A DNA stretch of 64,000 nucleotides from Calditrichota bacterium (GTDB lineage Bacteria > Calditrichota > Calditrichia > Calditrichales > J004), in the NCBI GenBank assembly GCA_003696775.1, contig RFFS01000015.1, forward strand, positions 10,386 through 74,385, given 5' to 3'. The position numbers were made by a program, and so were the translations under genes. Each line of letters opens with the position of its first letter. The first letter of the stretch is position 1. Of the stretch, positions 1-10,800 are shown in pieces. Below the pieces are notes generated by a model that worked only from the letters and a program-made list of their open reading frames with translations, had not been told where the DNA came from and ran no database searches.

Positions 1-1
1 T

Positions 2-6
2 AAGGA
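2..6 (+). promoter_or_regulatory. Shine-Dalgarno-like AAGGA upstream of the first gene
   Basis: AAGGA with a 5-nt spacer before ATG at 12. The preceding TAA (1..3) could be the stop of an upstream gene. Confidence 0.35.
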
Positions 7-11
7 ATATC

Positions 12-1860
12 ATGGCTGATAGTAAATATAATGATCCCCGATTCCGACCGTCCACATTAGTCGAATTATTACGCTGGCGCGCCGTCACCAAACCCAATGA
101 ACGCGCGTTTACATTTTTACTGGACGGTTCAAAAAAAGAATTACGTTTAACCTATGCCGATCTCGACCGAAAGGCCCGTGCCTTTGGCGCCATGCTGCAA
201 AAACGCGGCCTTAAAGGGGAACGCGCCCTGCTGCTTTATCCCCCGGGAATGGATTATATCATCGCGTTTTTCGGATGTCTTTACGCCGGTGTCATCGCCG
301 TGCCGGCCTATCCGCCGGACCCCAACCGCCTGAACCGCACCCTGCCGCGCCTGCAGGCGATTGTCCGTGATGCCAACGCCACCGTGGCTTTGACCAACGA
401 TTCCATTATGTATATGATCCGGATTTTAAAACTGGGCAGTCGCTTTTCAGATTCTATGGAAAAATTGCCCTTTCTGCGCAAATTCCGGACAACCATGAAC
501 TTTTTCGCCGCTTCCAAAAGCGGCGTGGCCGATGCCAATGAACTGGGTGATCTGCTCTGGATTTCTTCCGATGATGTTCTGGACCATTTTGCCGATAATT
601 GGCACGAACCCGATATCACCTCCGACACCATTGCATTTTTACAATACACTTCCGGTTCCACCGGTATGCCCAAAGGTGTTATTCTCAATCATGCCAATCT
701 ACTGGCCAATTCCGCCGATATATACACATCATTCGGTTATTCCGATAACACGGAAGGGGTGATCTGGCTGCCCATCTATCACGACATGGGCCTGATCGGC
801 GGAATCATCCAACCCATATACGGCGGCATGGCCACCACCCTGCTCTCTCCGATTCATTTTCTGCAAAAACCGTTGCGCTGGCTGGAAGCCATCAGCCGTG
901 TTAAGGGTAAAAACGTGGTGAGCGGCGGCCCTAACTTTGCCTATGACCTTTGCGTTAAAAAAGTCACCCCCAAACATCTGCAAACACTTGACCTGAGCAA
1001 CTGGTCCGTGGCCTTTAGCGGCGCGGAACCCGTCCGCTACGAGACGGTGGAACGCTTTTACCAAACATTTAAGGATAACGGGTTCCGGAAGGAAGCCTTC
1101 CTTTCCTGTTACGGTTTGGCCGAAGCCACCCTTTATGTAACAGGTGTGGATTATAAAAAAGTACCGCCCATTACCCATCTGAATTTAAAAGAACTGCGTA
1201 AAAACAAAGCCGTTGTGGTCGATCCTTCCCACCCCGATGCCCAGAATATGGTGAGCTGCGGGCGCACCCCCGAAGACCAACGCGTGGAAATCGTTAACCC
1301 GGAAACCAAAGAACGCGTTCAGCCCGGAGAAACAGGCGAAGTGTGGATACAGGGGCCGAATGTCGCCCAGGGATACTGGAAAAATGAAGAAGCCACCCGG
1401 GAAACCTTTCAGGCTTTCATCAAAGGTAGTCAGGACGGGCCCTTTCTGCGCACGGGCGACCTGGGTTGCGTGATAGACGGCGAACTGTACATCACGGGCC
1501 GGGCCAAAGACCTGATCATCATCCGCGGACGTAACTATTATCCCCAGGATATTGAATTTTTAGTGGAGAACGCCCATCCCGAAATACGTCCCGGCTGCTC
1601 CGCCGCCTTTTCCATTGAAGAAAATCAGGAAGAGAAACTGATTATTGTGGCCGAAGTACGCCATGCAAAAAACCAACCTTACGAGGAAATAATCTCGGCC
1701 ATTCGGCAAACGGTGACCGAAACCAATGACATCCGTGTTCATTCCATAGTATTGATCAAGGCACGCACCATAGCCAAAACCTCCAGCGGTAAAATTCAAC
1801 GTCATGCCGTTAAAAATGAATACCTTGAAGGAACCCTTAAGGTGGTACACAGTTGGCAGG
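12..1860 (+). other. Fatty acyl-AMP ligase (FAAL) loading domain
   Basis: N-terminal PRFRPSTLVELLRWRA..ERAFTFL, AMP-binding core YTSGSTGMPKGV, TGDLG, SSGKIQRH. Followed directly by an ACP, not a C domain. Confidence 0.8.
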
Positions 1861-4800
1861 GCGGCGCGTCCATTACCGAGGCCGCGCTGGTGGACGATCT
1901 GGACCAGGAAGAAACCGATACCATCTCTGCCGACACCGAACCGACAGAAACAGCCGCCACAGGGACGATCAAAACCGAAAACGCCCGGGAAATTGAAAAC
2001 TGGCTCATCGATCATTTATCGGAAACACTGGGCGTACAACGCGCGGAAATCGACATCAAAAAACCCTTTGTCAGTTACGGACTGGATTCCGCGCAGGCAA
2101 TCGGTCTGGTGGGCGATCTGGAGGATTATATCGGCAAGCCTCTCTCCCCCACTTTGATCTGGGATTACCCCAACATCGAATCTCTGGCCCGCTACCTGCA
2201 AGCCGAGGGCGCCGTATCACCAACCGTTACCCGTACCGTCCGCAAGGGTGACGCGAATGAACCGATCGCGGTTATTGGCTATAGTTTACGCATGCCGGGC
2301 GCGCAAAATGCCGAAGAATTCTGGCAAAATTTAAAAGAGGGGGTGGATTGTATTACGGAAGTCCCCGCGCGTCGTTGGGATGTGGACGCGTTTTATGACG
2401 CCACCCCGGGTACACCGGCGAAAATGATTACCCGTTGGGGCGGCTTTGTGGACAATGAAGATCAATTTGATCCGCAATTTTTTGGTATTTCCCCGCGTGA
2501 AGCGCCACACATGGACCCACAGCAGCGTCTGTTGCTGGAAGTTTCCTACGAGGCTTTTGAACACGCCGGTTACAATATGCAAACGGTCGCCGGTAGCAAC
2601 ACGGGCGTATTCGTCGCCATCAGCGGCGCGGACTATCTCCGTTTGCAAGTGGGTGACTTTGACAAGCTGGACGCCTATTCCGGAACAGGCAACGCCTTCA
2701 GTATCGCTGCCAACCGGCTTTCCTATGTTTTTGACCTGAAAGGGCCTTCTTTTATCATGGATACGGCCTGTTCTTCTTCTCTGGTAGCGGTACACAACGC
2801 CGTGCAAAGCCTGCGTCGAGGCGAAACGGATATCGGTCTGGCCGCCGGCGTGAACCTGGTTTTGGCGCCCGATATCACCATAACATTTTCCCAGGCGCGC
2901 ATGATGTCGCCGGACGGGCGGTGTAAAACCTTTGACGCCGATGCCAACGGTTATGTCCGGGGTGACGGCGTGGGCGTGGTTATTCTCAAACGTTTATCCG
3001 ATGCCCTGAAAGACGGCGACACCATTCATGCCCTGATCCGCGGTACCGCCATTAATCAGGATGGTAAAAGCAACGGTATCACCGCCCCCAATGGTCTGGC
3101 CCAGCAGGAATGTATCCGGTTGGCCCTGGCCGATGCCGGCGTGACGCCCAGGGAAGTTTCTTACTTTGAAACACATGGCACCGGCACGCCGCTCGGCGAC
3201 CCCATTGAAACCGAGGCCATGAAAGCCGTTATGGCCGATGGACGCACCGAAGAGCATCCCCTGGTGATCGGTTCCGTTAAAACCAATATCGGTCACCTGG
3301 AATCCGCAGCGGGCATTTCCGGTTTGCTGAAAACCATTTTAGCCCTTAAATACAAAACCATTCCCAAACATCTTCATTTTAAAAAGCTGAATCCGCATAT
3401 CCGGCTGGATAACACACATATCGAAATAGCCACGGAAACCCGGCCGTGGGATCACAACAACGGACCACGCATTGCCGGCGTCAGCGCTTACGGTTTTGGC
3501 GGGACCAACGCCCATGTGGTATTGCAGGAAGCGCCTGTGACACCGGATGTGGAAGTGGAACGTGATTTCAGCACATTCACCGGCCCGTACATCCTGCCTC
3601 TGTCCGCGCACATGGATAAGGCCCTGGATGATATGGCTCAAAGCTACCGTGACTATCTTGAAAATAAATTGGAAGATACACCCGAGGCCTTATGGGATTT
3701 CCTATATTCCGCTTCGAAACGGGCTCATCTGGATTACAGCGCCGCGGTTGTGGCACCGGACCGCGCGGCGTTGATCGCCTCGCTGCGCGCTTTCAGCGAG
3801 GGCGATGTCAACGTGGTGCGCAACACCAGTGAAGCCAATGCCCCGAATCGACTGGCATTTGTCTATTCCGGGCAGGGGCCGCAATGGTACGCCATGGGCC
3901 GTCAACTGATCGAAAAGGAGCCGGTATTCCGCGCGGCCGTGGAACAAATCGACACCTTTTTCTCGGAACATGCCGACTGGTCCATCATGGAAGAGTTGAT
4001 GCGCGACGAATCCGACACCCGGGTCGGTGAAACGGAAGTGGCCCAACCCACGATTTTTACCATACAAGTGGCGTTGACACGTTTGTGGGAATCCTGGGGC
4101 ATACGCCCCGCGGCGGTTGTGGGACATTCCGTTGGTGAAGTGGCGGCAGCCTATGTTTCCGGCACGCTTTCGCTCAAGGATGCCGTTAAGGTCATTTACC
4201 ACCGCGGCAAGCTGATGCAGCGCGCCACGGGTTTTGGTAAAATGGCCTCCGTGGCCCTTTCCGTGGAAGAAGCCCGTCAGGCGATACGCGGCTATGAAGA
4301 CAAAATAGGCGTCGGCGCCCATAATAGTCCCGAGAATACCGTGCTCTCCGGAGAACAGGAAGCCCTTCAGGAGGTAATCGACCAACTGGAGGCCAAAGGG
4401 GTTTACACCAAAATGCTGAGGGTCAACTACGCCTTCCACAGCCCGCACATGGAACCGTTTAAACAGGAATTGGCCGAACGTCTGGAAGGCATTCAAATCC
4501 ATAAGCCGATTATCCCCATCTATTCAACTCTGAGCGGGAAACGCAGCGTGGAAACGGATTACAATCCGGAATACTGGAGCCGCAATATTCGTGAACAGGT
4601 AAGTTTTGCCGATGCCATGCAGGCCATCATTTCCGACGGCTATACCTTATTTCTGGAACTCGCCCCCCACCCTGTTTTGGGTGGTTCCATACGGGAATGT
4701 CTGGCCGGCGCCCGGGCAAACGGCACGGCCTTGTACAGCCTGAAACGCAAGGAAGATGAAAAAACAACTATGTTGCGCGCTCTGGGCACCTTGTATAGCA

Positions 4801-7800
4801 AGGGCATCCGCGTGCGTTGGAATAAAGTCTATCCCTCCGGCGTGCGTTTCCGGGCTTTGCCTGCTTACCCCTGGCAGCATCAACGCTATTGGTTCGAACT
4901 TAAAAATGACGACCCCATGACGGCGCCGATTTTTAAACGTCCGCAAAGCGGATTCACCGGTGGTCATCCTCTGTTGGGACAACCGCAAGCCGACCCGCTC
5001 ATGCAGGGTAAAGTCATCTTCAAAACTACCATCGACACCGAACGTCTTCCGTGGCTTAAAGGCCATGTGATTCAGGATTCGGTGGTTTTCCCCGCCGCGG
5101 CCTATCTTGAACAGGCGGTCAGCGCGGTGGCGCAAAACGCCTCCGATTTTATCCGTGTGAGTCAATTTGATATTTTCAGCGCGCTATTCATCAGCGATGA
5201 TGAAACACCCGTGGAAGTTGTTTATACACCTTACAGCGATAAACGCGGCACCTTGCAGATTTTTAGCCTGAATCGGCAAAGTGAACAGGAACGCTGGGGC
5301 ATGCACGCCATGGGCATGGTGAGCCTGCAAGCCCATACACCGCCAGCTCAGGCAGATTGGGACGCCCTGCGCAAACAATGTCCGGAAAATCTGGATGTGG
5401 AGGAATTGTATCAGCGATTGGCGACGCGCGGTCTTAATTACCAGGACGTTTTCCGCGGCATTCGCGAGATTTACAAAGGGAACGGCGTCGCCATCGGCAA
5501 AGTCAGCCTGCCTACGGAATTTCAACGGGACGCTACAAACTTTTCCATCCATCCGGCTTTGCTGGATGCCGGGCTACAGGTTCTGTCTGCCACTCTTATG
5601 GAAGCGCTCGGCGATGATAAGGCCACCTATTTGCCGGTGCATATCGAACAACTCGATCTCTATGATACACGGGGTATTACAGAGGTTTGGTGTACCGCGC
5701 GGTTGAAAGGGACGGCCGTCCGCGGAGCACGCCATATTCATGGCGATATAACACTTGCCGATGAAAACGGTCGAATTCTGGCCGTTGTAGAAGGTTTGCG
5801 TCTGCAACGGTTTGGACAGCAGGAGCAGGAAGACCTGGCCGACTGGTATTATAAAGTGGAATGGGAAAGCATTTCCCTCGATCAAAATATCGACGACTTA
5901 TTGAATAAACAGCCCGGTAATTGGCTGGTGTTTATGGATAAACACCCCGTTGGCAAGGAGATTAGTAACCGTTTGCAACAAGCCGGTCATGAGGTCTATA
6001 TAGCCCGTCCGGCGGATGCATTCAGTCGCATAGACGGTTCACTATACGGTATCCGGCCCGATACACAGGAAGATTACCGGAAATTATTTGAAGCAGTCAT
6101 CTCCGAAAGCGGGAAACCCCTTACAGGTGTTATCTTCCTCTGGGCAATGGATATTTTATCCGACGGCAATCATCATGTGGAAACACAAACACGTCTGCTC
6201 TCTTCGGCTTTATTTGTTACACAAAATGTATTGCGTTTACCCATCAAGGAACGACCGATACTGGCGCTGGTTACCGAACAGGCCTGGCAATTGGACAACG
6301 ATAACCATGAACGTCGCGTGGAACAAAGCGCTTTATGGGGATTCGGACGGGTTGTCAGCTCTGAAAATCTTTCATTCCGTTGCCTGAAGTTGGATATTTC
6401 TCCCGCCAATGGCTTGGCCGATGGCATTGTGACCGTCATGTTGCACGATCATGATGAGGATCAATTGGCGTGGCGGGAAGGCAATGTATTTGTGGCACGG
6501 CTGGAACGATCACGGGAAGACCATCTCACCGGGGAGAGCCACGGTCATCTCATAAAAGTACCGTCCACGCCATTCCGGTTACACATTGAAACACCGGGCA
6601 GCCTGAATGCCCTGACCTATATTCCGGTTGAACGTCACGCACCCGAATCCGGACAAGTGGAGGTGGAAGTAGTGGCGGCCGGTTTAAATTTCCGGGATGT
6701 GCTGGAAGCCCTTGGTTTATACCCCGGCGGCCCCATACCGTTGGGTTCGGAATGCTCCGGTATCGTCACGGCTGTCGGGGAAGGTGTTACCGCTTTTCGT
6801 CCCGGCGATGCCGTACTGGGTATCGCGCCCCATACCTTTGGCCAATACACCGTGACCGATGCCCGTCTCCTGGCCAAAAAACCGGAAAATGTCACGTTTG
6901 AGGAAGCCGCGACCCTGCCCATTACCTATCTGACCGCTTATTACGCCATGGTTTATCTGGGACGTTTGACTAAAGGCGAACGGGTGTTGATCCATGCCGG
7001 CGCCGGCGGCGTGGGACAGGCCGCCATCCGCATAGCCCAAATGATCGGCGCGGAAGTATATACGACGGCCGGAAGTCCGGAGAAACATCAATTCCTCCGT
7101 GAAATGGGTGTTCAGCATATTATGAGTTCCCGTACGTTGGATTTTGCCGATCAGATCATGGAAGCCACGGACAACCAGGGCGTGGACATGGTGCTTAATT
7201 CGTTGGCCGGCGCATTCATACCACGCAGCATGGCCCTGCTACGTCCTTACGGACGTTTTTTGGAAATCGGCAAAACCGATTTGTTCCAAAACAGCCAACT
7301 GGATATGTATCCTTTCCGTAATAATCTGTCCTACCATGCCATTGATCTGGATATGGTTTCACGGGATAAACCGGAACTCATACATTCCCTGTTTAATGAA
7401 ATCATGGAACATTTTACCCGGAATCGATTACAGGCGTTGCCGCTCACCCGATTTACCGCGCCGGAAGTTACCCGGGCGTTCCGTTATATGGCCCAGCGTA
7501 AAAACATCGGTAAGATTGTGGTGACCATGAAAGAAGCGGAACAAACCGCCGCTGCCGCGCCTTTTATCCGCCCCAATGGACATTATGTGATAACAGGCGG
7601 TCTCGGTGATTTGGGGACACAGCTTACCGACTGGCTTATTGAAAAAGGCGCGCGTCACATCACCCTGCTATCCCGTCGTACACCGGATAAGACCATTCGG
7701 GAAAGGCTGGAAAAATGGAACCGGAGCAAGGCTGTCGTTCAGACTGCTTCCGTGGATGTTACCGATTATAACGCCTTGCGTCAGCTTATTATGGACATAC

Positions 7801-10800
7801 ATGATAAACAACCGGTCAGGGGGATCATTCACGCCGCCGGTGTATTGAGTGACAACAGTGTTTTGAATTTTGACCCGGATGCTTTTGTTAAACCATTGCC
7901 GCCCAAAATCGCCGGCAGTCAGAATCTTTATCTTATAGACCGTGACATTCATACGGACTTTGTGGTATTGTTTTCATCCGTCGCGGCAACCATAGGAAAT
8001 CCCGGACAATCCAATTATGCCGCGGCAAACATTTATATGGACGCCCTGGCCCAAAAAGCCCGTCGTGAAGGATTGAATTTTTATTCCGTCAACTGGGGTT
8101 TGTGGGCAACCGGCATGGCCGCCCGTAACAATGCCATACGCATACCCGGCGCCGGTCAAATAACACCGGCACAGGGTTTTACCATTTTGGAAAATATTCT
8201 CACCACTAAAAAAGAAAAAGCCATCATCGCCCCGGTGAGCTGGCCGGAATTTCTGGCGCCTTTCCCGGAAAATCGCATACCGGCGTTATATAAACGCTTT
8301 GTCCACCTGCGTCAATCCTCTCAGGGAAGCGGTGGCGACGCCCTGACAGCCGCTGCCTTGTCAGCCTTATCGGAAAGCGAACGGATGGAAGTGATGAGCG
8401 ATTGGCTCAAAAAGAAAATCGCCCGTGTCATCGGCGTGCCGCCCAGCAAACTGGAAGAAGATAAGCCCCTTAACAGCATGGGACTGGATTCACTGATGGC
8501 CATCGAGTTAAAGAACAGTGTCGAAAATAGTCTGGGCACCCAATTGACCATTGCCACCCTGCTAAAAGGGCCTTCCATTCGCGATCTTGCCGTTAATATG
8601 CTGGAACAAATTTTGGATGAAGATTTTGCCGAAGTGGAAGAATATGCCGGAGACGGAACGGAATTCCCTGTTTCCCACGGACAACGCGCCATGTGGTTCC
8701 AGCATCAGTTGTCCCCATCCAGCATCTATAATCAGGTGTATGCGGTACGGATTCCGGAAAAAATTGATGTGGATCTGTTGGAGCGTTCCCTTGAGGCGTT
8801 AAGCAAACGCCACGCGATGCTGCGTACCAATTTCACTCTGGAAAACGGTCAACCCGTTCAGGTGATTCATGATGAACCGCAACGCATTCTCACGATTGTT
8901 GATGCGGGTGATTTATCGGAAGAAGCTTTTCAAAATCGTTTTCAGACGGAAATCAAAAAGCCCTTCGATCTTGAAAAAGACCCGCTGACCCGCATCACGC
9001 TTTTCAATAAGGCCGACGGCTCACAGGTTTTTCTCTATGTGGCGCACCACATCGTTTCCGACATGTGGTCCCTGGCGATTTTCATGTATGAACTTAACCA
9101 GATTTATACCTCAAACGGTGTCAATAATTTGCCGCCGCTGCCTATTACCTATCTGGATTATGTCAAACAGATGAACCGGGAATTGGCTGGAAAAATCGGT
9201 CAACGCCACCTGGCCTTCTGGAAAGAGCAATTAAAAGGGCCGTTGCCCATACTTAATCTGCCAACCGACAAGCCGCGACCGTCCATTCAAACCTACAACG
9301 GCTTAACGGAAACCGCGCATATCGGCAAAGCTACCCGTCAAAAACTGGAAGCGCTGGCCGAAGCCAACGGCACCACGTTGTATGCCCTTTTGCTCAGCAT
9401 TTTTAAAGTGCTTCTGCATAAGTACAGCGGACAGGAGGATATCATCATCGGTACCGCCACGACAGGACGCACCAATCCGGAATTTGCCCCCCTAATCGGT
9501 TATTTTGTCAATCCGGTGGCCTTGCGCAGTCAGGTTCGTGATGAATACATTTTTACTGACTATTTACAGACCATGCGGGATGTGGTTTTAAACGCCCTGG
9601 ATCATCAGGATTATCCCTTCAACCTGCTGGTGGAACACCTGCAACCCAGACGGGACCCGAGCCGGACACCGATTTTTCAATTGATGTTCGTCTATCAAAA
9701 GGCTTACCTGTTGCATGAATCCGGTATGTCCGGTCTGGCCGTGGAGGAAGACGGCGGCGCCATGAAACTGGGCGATGTAACCCTGGAATCCATCTCCATT
9801 AAGGACCGGGTGGTACCCTTCGACATGACCATGTTGATGGCCGAGGTGGATGATGGTCTGGGGGCTTCCCTGCAATACAATACCGATCTGTTCACTACGG
9901 AAAGTGCCCGACATTTCCTGAACCGCTTTGTGTATCTGATTGAACAAATCGCCGATAATGCCGATGCCCGTATTGACCGGTACCGCTTGTTACCTGCATC
10001 GGATCAACAACAGTTAATCGATCAGTTAAATGCCAAAAAACAGGCTTATGACACGATACTGCCCATACATAAGGCTTTTGAAGAAACAGCCCGCAGGCAT
10101 GCCGACAAAATCGCTGTCGAGTTGGGCGACACGCGCCTGACCTACCAGGCGTTAAACGCCCGCGCCAACCAAATAGCCCGTTATTTATGCGATCAGGGGG
10201 TTCAAACCGACGATATCGTGGGTGTCTCCATGAAGCGTTCCGTCGATTTGATTGCCGCCTTGCTGGGCATCTTAAAAAGCGGCGCGGCCTATCTGCCACT
10301 CGATCATGAATATCCCGTTGAACGCCTGCATTACATGACCGAAGACGCCGGTGTGCGCTATATCCTTTGCGAGGATGCTACCGTTACCCGATTCGAAGCC
10401 GGTGTGGAAAACGTCATCAATATAAACCAGCTTGATTTTAATGCTCCGGACACAGGCAATCCCGATTGTTCGACAACCGTTGACAATATGGTTTATGTGA
10501 TATACACATCCGGTTCCACGGGCCGTCCCAAGGGCGTGATGGTCAGCCATCGTAATTTGTATAATCTGGCCAAGGCCCAGATAAAAGAATTCCGCATCAG
10601 TGAAGACAGTCGTCTGTTGCAATTCGCTTCCATCAGTTTTGATGCCGCGGCTTCGGAAATTTTTACGACCCTGTTAAGCGGTGCGACATTGGTACTCATC
10701 GATAAAGAAACGCAGGGAAGCGGTCTGGAATTGATCGATTATATCAATAACCATAACATCACCGTGGCCACGTTGCCGCCTTCGGTACTGCGTGTGTTGC

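Noticed and set aside
3702-4502. 266-aa minus-strand ORF, and many similar 60-220 aa minus or off-frame ORFs (e.g. 30401..30973, 42429..43094, 60214..60780, 61273..61776)
   Set aside because: All are nested inside strongly supported + strand PKS/NRPS domains and have no start-site context or motifs. They are typical antisense and off-frame shadow ORFs in long genes with biased codon usage.
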